A stretch of DNA of 64,000 nucleotides from Felis catus (GCF_018350175.1 NC_058369.1:4342001-4406000); one strand, 5' to 3'. Counted from the first letter of the stretch, positions 1 to 14,576 are shown. Numbers and translations: made by a program. Notes: a model not told the origin generated them from the letters alone.

Positions 1-1697
1 CAGGCCGTTAGATGCTGTGGTCCACTGTGGCCGCCTGTCTCGTCCTCATGCCCCTGGCTTTTCCTTGGCACCCTGGGCCCCTAAGTGGGCAGCCAGGAGG
101 GAAGCAGAATGAACTGGATGTTCCCAGCCTCAGTCCCTGCTCCTTGTCACCTGCCAGGGCTCGCTGGCTGGCTGCACCCCTACTCCCCTCACCTGTTTAG
201 GATCTTACTTTACACTTATGAACTGCTGCCTGGGGTGTGGGCCGGGCAGTAACGCAATGGCCCTCGGAGCTGAAGAACTATCTGGGTGGATGGACACAGC
301 TACAGAATCAGAGCGCAGGGCACCGACAACGCCTTCCAAGTTACCAGCTCTGCTCGTGTCTCTCCGCCCGCGGTGACTGAGAGCTATTTCCTATGCCACT
401 GTGCCAGAGCAGAGGGGAGATATTTGGCTGTCCTTTGTCCCCGCAGCCTAGGGCCACAGCACAAACCACTTCTCTGTTGCACCTTTTGCCACAGCGCGTG
501 GCTCAGCAGTGCACGGTGAACGCCAAGGAATGCGATCCGTTGCCAGGAAGCAGAAGCTCCCTGTCTCACAGGAGCACCGGGCAACGAGGGAGATGAGGAG
601 GTCTATGGAAGCCTGGACAGGTTCCTCAAGGCCTGCTTATTAGCAAGTGACAGTGCATCCATTCAGGGGCCTGGAGCACTCATGAGAAAGGGTGTGGCAA
701 AGTCCACAATACGTGTGTTAAGGGCAACAGGGAGGAAATCCAGTGTGTTTCAGGGGAGGATCTTGAAAGGACGCTCGCTTTCTACACTGCACCTTCCTGT
801 AACGTCTACATTACTCCTGTAAGCACAAATGACCTTCCAGCGTGTGCTTTTTCTCTTAGAGTGACATCATTAAGGTTCACAGTTACACAAACCTCCCAAG
901 AATGGATGCCAAGATAGGTAACCGGAGATCCTCTCTAAATACATACGCATCTCTGAGTCTGCACTTGGGCGCCAAGACTGAGAACACGGACGACGCCAGG
1001 GGGACCAAGTCAAGATGGGGAGGGGAAGGGGCAAGCCCTGAGGCTATGTTTGCCCTTGAATCTGCAGGGCTGTCCCCAGGCTCAGAGAACCTCTCACCAA
1101 GTAGCCTCGGCATCTCTCTCTACTCTGGGCAACGCCCTCTTTCCTGCATCGGTCTCCATACAAGCCCTCGGGCCCAGCCACTTCCGCAGGGTCCTAGCCT
1201 GGCCCACCCTTCAAGGTCCCACCAAGCCCTCCTCCTTTGGGGGCTCATGGCATTCCATCACCGAAGTGTCTTCCGGGGCCACTTGGTTCGTTATGTACCG
1301 TGTGTGTGTGTCTGGGCTTCTGGACCAGACTGCCAAGCTCTAGGCACATGCCTGAAGGGTCAGGAGGACGCACTACTTTTCGCTTCCTGTGCCTGCAGTC
1401 TACAGACACAGTCACACACCCGAGCAGGAGGACATGTACTTAATGGCCACAGCTCCCAACAGGACTGACCATCCTTTCCCTCTCTTTTAGAGGGACTACT
1501 TCCTGGTGCATTTTCTTTTAGTCGGCTAGGTCACAAGCCTCTGTAAGTGGCACGGGTTCTCGAGTGGGGAGCACTGGAGCCTCATTCCTGGCAGACGCTG
1601 AGCCTCAGATGGATTCTAAGTGGATCTGGGCCGAGCAGGAGACATCAGAGGGGAGCACGGACGCTTTCACCGCTTGGGAACGGTCTGCAACGGTTAC

Positions 1698-1784
1698 CTG
1701 ACTGTGACGGTGGGAACTGGGTTAAAGAGGACGTTCTTTCTCGCTTGACAGGAGGGCAGTAATTTCCATCTTCTCGGTCGGAAT
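1698..1784 (-). CDS. RANBP3: RANBP3 coding exon 5 (DSDREDGNYCPPVKRERTSSLTQFPPSQS, 87 nt; NLS and RSK/Akt phospho-site); gene continues beyond window start
   Basis: Acceptor after a (TCC)n tract, ...CTGTAG|; donor CAG|GTAACC. Contains the RanBP3 PPVKRERTSS motif. Confidence 0.95.
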
Positions 1785-1881
1785 CTACAGAAAATGAGGA
1801 GGAGGAGGAAGAGGAGGAGAAAGTCAGGCTGCTTTCGCTTTTACAACCAAAGAGGATGAACCGTTTTAGAGATTTCCTCAC

Positions 1882-1918
1882 CTTCTCCACCTTCGGGGCT
1901 GGAGCCTCCGGCTGGCCT
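1882..1918 (-). CDS. RANBP3: RANBP3 coding exon 4 (RPAGGSSPEGGE-, 37 nt)
   Basis: Acceptor CTCGTTTCAG|, donor AAG|GTGAGG. Similar to human RSAGGSSPEGGE. Confidence 0.9.
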
Positions 1919-2215
1919 CTGAAACGAGAGCACACGGCAGGGCGGTGAGAGAGGGCCAGGTTGCCCCGCACCCTGCAGCGTGGGAGTTCTTCAGTGAGTG
2001 CGTCCTGAAACGCGGCCCTGGGGGCCAACTCCCTGAGCTCAGGCACCCAAGTCACGGACAGACTTTCAACCTAACATTAGGCTCAAAACTCCCCCCAAGA
2101 ACCTTCTGTGTCTGCCTTTCCAGGCCATGGGGTCAAGGAGTCCATGGGCTGAGAACATGTTTACTGCACAAAGACGGGTGTCTTTGTCTCTCCACAGGTC
2201 ACAGCTAACTACGTG

Positions 2216-2240
2216 CCCCCCCCCCCCCCCCCCCCCCCCC
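2216..2240. repeat. C25 homopolymer
   Basis: Directly visible. Confidence 0.9.
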
Positions 2241-5200
2241 AGTCAAGCACAGTGAAACGGTGTCTGGCTGGAATTCACTTTGCCAAGAGCTGGCAAGTGA
2301 CTCGCTCCGCTCTGGAGGGCAGCCAGACTGGGTAAAATGGTCACCTAACACCGGATCGTAGCAGCCTCCATTCCCTGCCCTGGCTTGTTGCACAGTGCAG
2401 AACGCTGCTTCAAGGTACGTTATTATTTCCAGAAGATACAGAACTGTGATGCCTGGGACCTAAGTCCGACGCAGAGTGTTCAGAACAACTCAGCAGACCA
2501 CACAACCTACCAAAAAATCACCAGCGAGGTCAGAAGGTGGCCGCAGAATTTCCTCCTTAACAACGTTTAGTTTTAGAATGTTCACAACTAGCCATCCAGA
2601 AGCCTTAGGATGAGGCCCCGTTCCCAACCCCCAGATAATACCCAACCCCTAGGAGACAGCCCTTCTCAGAGACATTGTGACTCTTCTGAAAGAAGCAGAC
2701 AGAAGCAAACACTGACGAGTGCATATCAGTCCTCCCGGGGCACTGAACGTGGGAGTGAGCAGAGGAGCCAATTTTCTTATTTTCAGAAAAGCCCCTAGGG
2801 GTCAAGGTTAGCCAAAGGAGGACCACCTGCCTGGAGGAGCTGTTAGGGATTAGATGAGGCGCGCCTGGGAAAGTGCTCTGTGAGCCCAGGGCGGGGTGGA
2901 GACAGATGCAGTAACTGCCCTAAATAACGTAAATAACGGGCTGTGAGCACCGGCTGGAGCCCTGGGCGCCACTTTCCCCATAAAGGGCCACAAAGGACTT
3001 TCAGCATTTTGGGCCACGTGTATATTCCACCATCTTAGCTTGTAGACAGAGGCCCGGAGTTTGTAGACCCTGTCCTAAGGGACAGGGAGAGAAAAGGATC
3101 CCAGCCTGCACGCTCTCCTGTGTGAGCTGACAACGTGGGCTGGAGTCAGAAACACAAGCTGTTCTAAGCGCCCGCTGCAAGCCTCTGTGAAGGGGCGAGG
3201 ACGGCTGCTGTCCCCACATCCGCAAAGGCTGATCCGGGGGCGCAGGGGAGGCCATCCAGCAGAGTGCTTAGTAAACGAACCCCTCATAACACAACAGGGG
3301 CTCGACAGTCCGCGGGGCAGCTGTGAGCACACCACTGGGTCCCAAACGAAATCAAACAGGGAGGAGTCGGGCAGGCGGGCTCCAGATGGGCACAAACCGG
3401 CGGCAGGAGCCTCAAGGGGCTCGACCCCTCTGGAAGGCCTGCAGTACTTTCTCCCAGCTCTGACACTTCCTAAAGGTACACCTTGGGCAAACTGTGTCAC
3501 TTGCCCAGGCTCGTTTCCTTGCTTGGGAAATGGGGGCGCCGGCACCGGCGCCTCAGGGAGATTGACGGGGTCAGTGGGATAAGCAGGTGGGGCAGCACTC
3601 AGCCCGACCCAACACCCGGCCAAGGTGGGGCTCTCCCAGCCGGCTCACTTCCGCTGGATGTTATGCCCTTGTGTGACAAGGATCCAGATGTGAAGTCACG
3701 TCCTGGGGCAGCCAGATGAGGAGTCAGGGATGGGGACGGGGCCAGGGGTGTTAAGAAGATGGCCCCAAGCCCAGGACTAAGCACTGGGGTGGCATCTGAC
3801 AACACCGAGCCATGACACTGGCACAACAGACCTTTTCTCCCAGGACCATCCCCTTCCTTGGGTGACATCACTGAGGTGCAGACCCAGGTACCTCCTTCCT
3901 GTTCCTTCACAGCGGCCGGCCCACCCCCAGGTCTGGTCCCGTGGCTCCTGGTGCTTCGCTCCTCTCACTAAGCATTCTGGCTGTACCAACCCCACACGTG
4001 GCAGCCTCTCAGATCCCGCGGGATCTGTCACTTGCGCAGAGCGACTTCTGGGATCCGGAAACGGCCCCACCTCTGGTCCTGCTCTCTTGTCCCTGGCTCC
4101 TCACCTGACAACCCCCTCACACCCACCCCTGTCCTCTGGCCTCGTTGCCCCCTGCAGTCCTCCGCCTCTCACGCTGATTGTGCAATCTGTGTCACGGCCT
4201 CCACCGGCTTGAGTCCCAGGAGGGCGCTGGCATGCAGCACACAGTGGGACCTCGCCTGGCATTTGCTCAGTGAAGGGACACAAATCTCAGGTGCTCTGAG
4301 GGCCTCAGAGAAGCTGCTAAGGCATGTGTCCCTGCATTCCATGCAGAAGAGTGGCCCCCAGCCTGGTCAGCAGTCCAGAGAGCTTGTCACGCCCCAGCTT
4401 CCTGTTTCCTCAGCTGCCGAAAAGGGTGTTCCTCCACCAGCTCAATGCCAAGAGGCCTCTGCACCTAACTTCCCTCCGCCCTGCAAGCTATCTTGTCTCA
4501 TTTCCCCATGTGTGGATTTCCAGAAATCTACACATTTCTGATTTCATTCCACTGTGCTTGCAAACGACTGTGCAATTTCAGTCATCTCCAGCTTACTGAC
4601 ACTTGTTTTGTGGCCCCGTAAGCAGTCTGTCTGGAGAGTGTCCCGGTTACTCTGCAGCACAGCACCGTCTGGAACGTTCTCTGGGACAGGTGGCCTGCCA
4701 GGCCAGTGGGGTTGAGTGCTGTCTGAGCCCTCCCGGAGCCCTGCAGACTACTCCACTGGGGTGCTGGGCTCTCCGACACTACGACTGTATCTGAATTCTC
4801 CCTTCAGTTCTGTCAATTTTTGCTTCACGTGTTTTGGGGTTCTTAATTGACACCGAACTTTCTTACCTATGCCAACAACGCCCGAAGTGTCTCAGGAATC
4901 GGGAGTCTCCTTAAGAATGTGATGGGTGCCAGGAACCCCCCCAGAAGTGTGCCCAGACCAAGAGCTGAGGCCTCCGGGGCCCCGTCTGTCCATGCCCTAC
5001 GACCCCTCCTTGCTGTCACGCTTCAGACTCCCAGTCTCCTTCCTGTTTTCTCAATCTGCCAACACTGTTCCCACCTCAGGGTTCCTTCTGTGTGTGCTGC
5101 CCCCAAGGCCTGGGACGAGCTTCCTGCAGCTCCGCTCAGCATGGCCTCCTCCAGGGGGAACCCTCCTCCGGGGGAATCCGAGCTCGCTCACTATCCCGCC

Positions 5201-8200
5201 ACACAGCGAGCGGAAGCTGCTCCTCTCCACCCCACCCACAGCCTCTCGCGCCTCTGCCGTTTGTGTACCAGCTGGAAAGGACCTAACGTGTCCGTCTGGC
5301 TGTTCTGCCCACAGCTCAGCACAGAACACCCGGGACGCTGTGCACAAAAGATGCTCGGCATGCCCTCGTTGCATAAATGGAGCCCGAGTTGGTCGCAGCC
5401 CCTTCGGTGACCTGGAGAAGAGAGGGTGCCTGGCCAGACAAGATTCAGACACGTCTAGTCCCTTAAGCCCCAGGAGACCCTCAAACCCACTCCTCAAATC
5501 TCTTCTAAGAGGCACGTGACTGGTGTCTTGGTCCTGGAAAAGCTGAGAGGCCAAGGCCAGGGGAGGACAACACAGGAGATTCCCCCACCCAGGAAGAACC
5601 TTCCAGAAGCTGCTGGAACCTCCTGTGGGGTCTGAACTAGCCAACTCAGAAGCAGTAAGGAAACTGATGCCAGCAACTCTCCTCAATAGGAACTAGCACA
5701 AAGAAACAAGACAATGTACAAGGAAGTAATTTCTGCTTGCCTTTGGATATGTCAACTCTTCCAGAAATCCTCAACTCTTCCAGCTGCCCACGTGAGCCTG
5801 ATGTCTGCCCCCACCCCCCAACTGCACTGAAGGTCTGAGCTTGCTGTCTGGCTGTCTCGTGCTGTCTTCTCCCCAAACGGAAAGGCCTGGAGCAAAGCAA
5901 CTCCCTCTCAAGCCAACCCCGGCCCCAAACAAGGCCAACGCAGTCTCCACGCACACTTTTTGCCAACACAGCAGCCTGGTAGTCAGGGGCCACCCCTCAC
6001 CCCAACCAAGGGAGAGCCCGATCGGGGTCAGCTGAGAACAATGCCCGGGGCACAAACAGCTACAGCTCCTCGGACCCGGGAAGTGTTCCACCAAAGCTCA
6101 GGAGCCACAGCCACGGGGACTCGAAGAACAGGCTTCCAGGATTCCTCTGTGGGGAGGAGCCAGGGCAGAAGCAGGTGTGAAGGCCCCATTTCCTCCTCTG
6201 CCTCCTCCCACACTAGAATCCACCTCTTTGAGGATCAGGGTTTCGGGAGGATACCTAGAGGACACTGGGGTCAGCACCCATCTGGGACACCATGACGACC
6301 ATATCCCAAATCAACACTTACATAAGGAGGCAGGAAAGAAAGAAGCCCAAAGAGAATCCTTCAATTCGCTTCCCCGGTGTCACGGAGTGTGAACGAGTGG
6401 AGTGGGCTTACAGAAGACGAAAAGCCCCCACGGTGGCGGCTGCTGTGGACGGGTGGAAAGAATCACAGGGGCGGCAGCTCTCTCCCGTCAGAGCCACGGG
6501 AACCTCGGGGGGAGCCGCTCATTCTGTGAGGTGTGCATGTCCCTCTTGCCAAGGACAAAATAGATGGTAACGTCTAACTCGGAACAGGACCCTGGACTGT
6601 AGATGTGGGAAGCTTCAGTTCTTTGTAAAGGATGAAACGGTGAAAATTTATGATCATTATGCTTATCCAGGGTCCCCCACCCCCACCCCATGCCCTGAGA
6701 AAACATGGCTCTCATGAGGCTGCTTGGTGTGGCCTCAAGAAGGACAAAGGTGCTAGGCCAATCCAAGGGGAAGGAATGGAGCTGGCCACTGTGTCTCCAA
6801 AGCTGACACACAGGGAGAGTAAGCAGGAGTGAACAGTACTGCCTTCCTGACTTCCCAGAAAAGACCAGAAAACGAGACCATGCCAGACACCATTTGGCTT
6901 GCCTGGGCCTCAGCGACTCCAGTATGGACTGAACCGTTAGAAAGCTTGCCTGGCTGTGGCTACAGGGAAATGGATGCCTGGGATGAAAAATCAATCAAGG
7001 GAGGGGACTCCTGACATGTCCTTGTCTTCAAAGGCACTATGGGCTGATTCAATGCTGTTTATTCTGCAACTGGGTGACCAGCTCAGAACTTCTTACTAAA
7101 AAGGTAGATACTGAAGAAAAAAAAATCATGGCCTCCGAAGGTCTGGATGTCGGGCGGGGGGTGTGAAATGAGGGTCCAAATCCCATGCAGAACCATGCAG
7201 AAGAGGAGGGAAGCTGTCCAGCCAGGGGTCTGGTTCCAGGACCTAAGCTTCCTGGTGGGTCTAATAAACACACTTCGGGCTCAGCAGGGCCTTGGCTCTG
7301 AGCATCAGTCCAGGAGACTTAAGCCAGACTCAGAGTAAGCACAAAGGGCTGCCTGCTTTCTCCGGATCAGAGAACTTAATTTGGATGTGGTCTGGTCTTC
7401 TCCAAGCTGTCTTCTGAGAGCCAGGAAGTCTGATATATAGAGGCTTGTTCCCGGTACTGAGTCTTAGATGGCCAGAGTCCGGGGAGACTGAAAGATGAGC
7501 GGGCCCTCTCTAAGCAACAATTCGGCGAGCCGCTATTTATTATAAAGAACTTTCGGCTTTACATTTCCTCAAGGGATCATGCAATAAAGAACCGACCAAA
7601 CGTGATGGACGAGATTGGCTGGGTCAGGGTGGGCGGTTTCCTGAATTCCAGTGTGGTACAGGGCAAGATCCAAATCTGTTCGGATGTGAGAGCAACTAGT
7701 CCTAGCTAACCAAAGGAACATCTCAACCTGAGAAGAAACTGGGATCAGGTTCCATCTGCTTTAATTTATGCCCTAAGTGACCTAGAAAAAGTTTACTCGG
7801 CTTTGAACATGCCCAATCACTAGAGAAAGCCAGTTAACGGGAGCCACTGGCAACAAGCCAGTTTTCTCTGCTGAGAACCCAAAGGAGTAAGTCCTGGTTG
7901 GCTCAGAGCGATCACCAAACGATGTGAAGGTGGCACTGACGGACTTCTGATGGGACCAGGGACTCCCACAGTTACAAATGCTAAAACCAAACAACACGTG
8001 TGTGTGTCATGTGCACGGCCACTGCTGCTATGCTGGTATGTTCATCGACTGCTCCCCCCGGTCCTGACTTCCTCCCACGGTGACCCACAACCCGGCTTGA
8101 GGTTTCCCACTGTTAACACTTGACCTTGCATGGCCAGGCTGGGGATGGTTTCAATTTTGGGGGATTAGAGCCTCTGACCCAAAGTCCACAAGAATTGAGA

Positions 8201-9777
8201 AGTCCAGTCCCATCGGCCAGGCTACAGAAATCCCCATCTGGCCTGGCTGCAGGCAGAAGGTGAGACCCCCACCCCCCACCCCGGTCTTACCAGATGGGCA
8301 TTAGATAAGGCCCACACCAGCCTGTGTGCCTCTGGAGGAACAGCTGCTGTGACTCCACCTCTGTGACCTACCCATTTGCTACTCTCAATTGAAAACCCTC
8401 AGCCTCTCGAGTGACAGGCAGCTCTGTGAGCTGTTGTGCTGTTCAAACCAGACAGCAGCAAAGGGCCCCAGAGCCTCTTGGGCAGATCCACACGGAGGTC
8501 GTCTGTTCTCAGGGAACCGAGGACACGATTTCCTGTGCCTGCGAAGGCTGAAGGCACAATAACTCAAAATACCTGCTCAGCAGAAGGTTCCAGGAGCTGC
8601 TGGGCCCCCAACCGAAAAAGTGATCATCTCCTAATTCTTGCTCTGTCAGTTCTGTGCTTGCCTGTGAACCCCTGGAACACTTTGGTGTGGGCGCCTCCCG
8701 GCTGGAATCTTTACTGGGCCCAAACCCACTTGTACACCATGAGGGACTGCCCCCATCACTGCTGCCCGACACACGGTAAAGGCCGTTTATTCTTCTTCCA
8801 CTACACACTGACTCCTCCAAAATGTTCCAAGTGGCCTCCAACCTCACCTCTGCTGAGCATCACTTCTTCCTGTGTGTCCCAGGGTTTGGTGGCTGTAACT
8901 GAATTTTCATCATTTCCTTAAGCACACTGGTGATGTGACACAAGGGATCGCTGAAGGTCTGGGACTGTGACACCCTGGATGGCTACCCAGTGTTTGGTGT
9001 GCACAGCAGGGTTCCTTGTTTCCTTAAGAGTCATTTTCCCCTGCCAGAATGGGGGGCTTAGGTACCCACATGGAGTTTTCAATCCTGAATGTAGGGTGAT
9101 GTTTACCTTTCCCATTTTATCAACCTCCAAACACTCAAGACATTTCTTGTTCTCGAGAGTTCACAATCTTCTCCACCTATAATCTTCAAAAGCCTTCTCA
9201 ATACAAAGATAAAGGGCTCAAGGGGTTCCCTCTGGATTCAAAAGAAGAGTCTTTTCTTCTTCCTGCTTTGATTGAAGACAAGCAGTTCACAGCCTAACCA
9301 CAGTCCAAACACAACCGGTCTTGCAGAGCAGTCTGCTTTAGACACCTCCTCTTCCTCTAGATCAAGGAAGCTGGGGCTACTGGTGTTTCTAAGACCCTGA
9401 ACCTGAACGCCCAAATTCAGGGAGAGGAGAAAGAAAAATGGAAGGACGGAGAGGGGGCCGAATTTGATCTGGAAGGTTCTACCCCATTACTCAATCCCTC
9501 TTTTGACCCCTTCTGTCTCTCTCAGGCAACAGGATTTGCTTCTTGCTAGGGGTGTATATAAATTCCCCCGTTTAGAAAGTCTCAATGAAAAAGGGGACTC
9601 AATCTTCCCTGACTTTCTGGCAGCAAGAATTAAAGGGTGCTGCAGAGATCATGATCATCTTTTCAGTTATGATCGGCTGCTTGCGGTCTAGGGTCTGACC
9701 TGAGGAGCCCAAAGGGAAAGGGGCCGGTCTGGGTTGGGACCCCCAGGCCGTGGAGTGCTGGGTGGAGGTGGACTTAC

Positions 9778-9966
9778 CCCTGCCAGTTCTCGCGGGAAAG
9801 GAAGAAGCTGGGCTTCAGGAGTGCTGGCTGAAGCGCTAGCGGGGGCAGGAGGCTCTAGGGCATGCTCACCAGCTGACTCGGGGTGACCCGTGCCATGGTG
9901 GGGGGCCTCAGCCTCCCCCCGAGGCTCCTCTCCCGAATCCGACAAGTCTTTTTGCTCTGCAGAGGA
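9778..9966 (-). CDS. RANBP3: RANBP3 coding exon 3 (SSAEQKDLSDSGEEPRGE...FPRELAG, 189 nt, symmetric phase 0, likely cassette exon)
   Basis: Acceptor TTTTTTGCTCCCAG|, donor GGG|GTAAGT. Peptide matches the RanBP3 Pro/Ala-rich insert; length is a multiple of 3. Confidence 0.92.
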
Positions 9967-12900
9967 CTGGGAGCAAAAAAGACAATTTTCCTTCAATGTA
10001 AACAAAGGCTGCAACACAGGGCAAGGGGTGGGCGGGGATCGAAGGGCTAGAGACGTTCAGACTTCAGCAGCCCCTGCCTGGGAGGGTGACCCAAGAAGCC
10101 TGGCACATGCTGTTGTGTTTTGCCCGACGAAACTGGCCCTCCAGAATGAAAGAATGGAAAATGAGTGCGGACTTGGCTGCTGTTTAACTTTGCAGGGAGC
10201 TTTGAGGTATGCAGGAGGCCTGGGACCCCATTTCCACAACCTGCAGCCTGGAGCTACTGTGCTTATGGGCTGTGAGCGAGGAACGACGCTCCTGGAGACC
10301 AAGATGGGGGCAGGGCCTCTACCGGAGGGGAACAGGGGCGATTATGTCCATTTGTCTCTAGGGGTTGATGACCCATCTCTGCAAGGACACTGAGGAGGGA
10401 AGCTGGCCCTCAGCACCATTTCTGTCCATTAAAAAAAGTGGGGGAGGGGAGGCAGGCCTGGAATAGCCTACAAAACGGAGTGTACACGGTTTACAGTGCT
10501 TCTAGCACCTTTCAATTCGTTCTGCTTAAACCTGAGATAAAGGGAACGCTTTCTCGCCTCAGTGAGTGCAGATGCGGGGCGACCAAGCCAGCTGCCAGAG
10601 ACACAGAGAGCTGGCTTTCTATCAGATGGGTGGGAGTTCAGCTGGAGGAGGGAGACCCTTGGCCTAGGATTTTCCCACGTTCACCCCAAATACCTTGGCA
10701 AGGGTGTATTTAGAAAACAGCCAGGGTAAGAGAAAGCTGGTTCTGGAAATTTTTGTTCTTGAAGGTACAACACCCCTGGCTTCCTACGAGGTGGTTCCTG
10801 GGATTCTGGAGGGGCTCCCAGGGACCGGGAGCTCTGGGATGAATGGGAGCTCTTGAGGAATGGGTTACAAAGCCGGTGTCCTGCAACAGATGGGCTCTGG
10901 TCCCCAAATCTCCCGCTCGGCATCGTTCACAACACGGAGTCACTTCTCTCGCTCTGTGAACTGAGTGGCTACCTTGTCCTTCCACAGACCTGGCCACTCT
11001 TCTTCGGAGTGTGAAGTGACTAAAACCTCTTTAGATAGGGCTTGGGGGCTATTCCTTAAAATGCCAGTCTGTTGGATCAAAGGAACTCTATAAAGACGAC
11101 TTGAGAGAACTTTTGAACATTCTGAGGAAAGCAAAAGCAACAAAACGTGAGCTCATTCATACACTGAACAAGTCAGCAAAAGCGATTCTTCCTGTAAAGG
11201 GGAGAAGCACAGACACGAAAGCCTTCCTTCTCAAGCTGTCCCTCAAACCCACTCAACACGCAGAGGTTGGCCCATGCACCAGTTGGCTGCTACTTTACGG
11301 CCGGAGATTAAACACCCGCTAAGAGAACATTAAGCCATAAGCTCTGTGGACAATGACCTATCTCTAATTAGAACCACTTGGGGTTTGTTTTTTTTTTTTT
11401 AACCCCTGCTTTTAGAGCACGAATGTTCAAATGCTCTCATGGCATTGAGCTTGAAATGACGGCTAAACTGGAGGACCAAAAAGAAACACATATGCCATTC
11501 CAGCGTTTTCTACTTGGGTCTGAGTGTTTTTGTTGGACAGGAAAAGGGAGCTCTAGAGAACCAAGACAGGGCCTGTGGTTTTTCAACATATTTGTGAAAC
11601 TCTGGCATCAAGATTTTGGGAGCCTTTGACATCATCCTGAAATATACATGGCTGACAAAAACCAAAACACACACACGCGCACACAGGATAGGCTTGTTAA
11701 TCAGCAGTAAGCTTTGAAACTGGGCCTAAAGATACTGTGGCAGCATTCAGTGACCCCTTCCTTCCTGCCCATCCGCATCTCTGCAACTGCTTTGTCTTTC
11801 CACCAAGCAGACGTTACCCCATCGGCCAAGTGCAACCCCCACAAAGCCTCACCCCTGCAGAGTAATACACTCGGAAGACAAAGTGTCTGAAAGAAACATC
11901 AGTCGTCACAGTCAATGAAACACACTCCTAAGGAGTTTCGAAAATCTCTTTACATCAAAAGGAAGAAAAAAACAAACGGGTCTCCATTCAAGGCAGTTAA
12001 GAAACAGAAATACGTGAAGGCAAGCCGTTCACGAGGAGCGCCCTCTTGAGGAAGCACGAGAGCATGGAAGGAAGGAAGGACGATTCCGGGCTGTCGATTG
12101 GGCTCTGGGTCTGGGTCCAACTGGATTTTCGGCGTTAGGGCTGGAGTTCAAACCGTCAACTGCTTTCTCTAACAGGGAACAATAGGGGGATCTGACAACC
12201 TGTGCTGACACTAAGAGATGCCACCACTGGCAGGCCACCGCCACCAATTTGTAGCCTGCTGTTAATGCAACTTGGACCGTGGTTAGGACTGACAGAAGAC
12301 GCCACATGGCTTTGCTACTGAACAAAACCAAAAAACCCCGCCTGGGCTAACAGCTTCATTTTTTCTCTTTTTGATTTCAAATCTTTTGCCTCAATCATGG
12401 TTCAGATAATAGTTGGGCCTGTGGAGTGTTCTCCTTGGCAGGGGGAGGGGAGACACAAGTTCTTTGAAGGGCAGCCCGCTGGGTGGTTTAGAGACAGTTT
12501 ACTGAAAGGTAAGTCAGTGGTCCCACATTTGACAGTGGGACTTCCTGGTCTTTGTGGGTCAAGAAAGGGCTCCGGAAATAGTCGTAAGGGACATTTTGCT
12601 GACGATTAGGACAACATAAATATGGCCTACACATTGAAGGATATTTCTAAAATAAGCATCACTTTCTTAGGAGTGACAACAGCACTGGGGCCATGGAGAG
12701 GGCCGCCCTATTCCCAGGAGGCACCTGCAGAAGGATTTAGGGGAGAAGCATCAGTGGGCACCACCTATAGTCGAGTGCTTCCAGCATTTAAGACAAAGAT
12801 GTCCGTGCTGAGGCCAGGTGAAGCCAGGTGAAGGGCATCCCGGCGTCTGCAGTCTCAGTCTTCTAACTTTTCTGAGGACTGAATATTTTCAAAACACAAA

Positions 12901-13619
12901 GTTGGACAGGAGAGGAGAAACCAAAACGAGAGCAGCCTGTGCGGCCCGTTCCCAGCTCTGCTTCTGCCACGTGAGAAGCAGACGGGCTGGAACCTGGGCC
13001 AGGGAGATGGGAACTGAATGAGGCCCGAACCCTCGTCTCTGTCAGAAGTGCCGCGGCTGCTCCCTGCAGCGCTGCCTCGCTTCTGAGCCGTCATAAGCAG
13101 CAGAGAAAGAAAGGAAGATTCCACCTTCACCTGGCCACTACCCACCCAACAGCTCAGACAGCTGCCCTCACGGACGGTCACAGAAGGCCCTCCTTCGCAA
13201 ACACGCAGAGACTTCCCGCGTCCTGCCGGGGATCTGGTCCCGCAGGCCCGCAGAAGTGGAGGGCTGAACTCTGAGGAACCGGAGATCAGTTATTTTTAGA
13301 AGCCCATTTAGAGTTGGCTCGGAGTCAATGTTTTGATAAGAACTGCATTTGCACATTTTTAACATGATGCTGAGCGGTTTCCTAGCTACTCTTTTGATTC
13401 AGCCTCACCCCAACCTGCTGGAGGTAATACGTGGAAGTTACAGCCTCCGAACCACAAGGCTGCAGGCAAGAAGCACTTCAACCGTGAAAACAGTATTGAA
13501 ATGGGAGTCAGAGGTTTAAAAAACATTCTAAATTTGGCCGAACAAATGCTACATTTTAGTGTTTCTTCCTGCTGGTTGTCCAAGTCTTCGGGTCGAAAGC
13601 ATTAATTCCTAAATTTAAA

Positions 13620-13830
13620 TCTGGGGTCGGCCAATTTTTTCTGTAAAGGGTCAGCTACTAAGTATTTTGGACTTTGTGGGCCATATGTCTCTGCCCAAAT
13701 TACCTCACTCTGCTGTCACAGCTGGAAAGCAGCCTCGGCTACTGGGAACAGGGTGGGCACGGCTGTGTGCCAATAAAACTTTATTTACAAAAACAGGCGG
13801 TGGTGGCAGGCCTTAGTTTGCTGACCCGTT
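13620..13830. mobile_element. MER58A-like hAT-Charlie MITE
   Basis: GGGGTCGGCCAA...CTGTAAAGGG...CCAATAAAACTTTATTTACAAAAACAGG...TTTGCTGACCC; ends are inverted repeats. Confidence 0.8.
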
Positions 13831-14576
13831 TCAAAGTGGTTCGAAAGATCATAAAAACATTCAAAATTCTAAAAGATCCTCGTTTTACAGAAAGCCTGAG
13901 AGAAGCAACTTTCACATCTGAAACAGAAACTGAACACACGCATTTCTAAGAGTTAGCAAAAGCGCCCCAGCCCCTTCTCTGTGAGCGAACCTCCAAAAGA
14001 CAAATGACAGAGATACTTGTAATTAAGCTACATGTACTCGTCAAGGCCCAGGGGAGAGGAGACCCCAGAGGCTGATGGGTCTTGAAAACAGCACCTGGAA
14101 AACTGAGACAAAGCAGGAAGAATGTTTCCTTGGGTGCTGTCACTTTCTCTTTAGCAAAAGAACAGACAATGGGAAAGTTTAACATGAGAGCAAGACTAGC
14201 ACGTGAGCCCCGGCTCACAGGAAGGTACCCTGCAAGGGTATGCGTGTGTGTTCGGGGGTTTAAGGCAGCCACTTCTCCCTCCTGCCCCCCTGCGCGCACA
14301 CACGCTCTCTTCCAGGCACCGCACTTGAACAAGGTCCAGGAAAACCTGGGCCACGCAGAAGTCTGGCCTCTCTTCTCAGACCGAGGGACAGGGTCTAGGA
14401 GCCGTAGCTGGGCTGTGAGGAGTCCCAAATCGCCAGACCAGCGGTCCCGGACCTCAGGGCTGGCCACGCCGCCAGAGGACCGGGCATCTAGCAGACACCT
14501 TGCCTGTGGATCACAAGTCTCCAAAAGGAGAGCTTTTGAACGGATCTGTTCTTATCAACAGGATGTAAATGGATTT

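Noticed and set aside
1..9600. Many overlapping 60-210 aa ORFs in RANBP3 introns
   Set aside because: No recognisable protein similarity, overlapping on both strands, no supporting splice structure.
9752..9827. 10-nt direct repeat GGAGTGCTGG in RANBP3 exon 3 and its downstream intron, with in-frame PPPPSTP after the donor
   Set aside because: Short enough to be chance; the GGG|GTAAGT donor is strong, so exon extension is unsupported.
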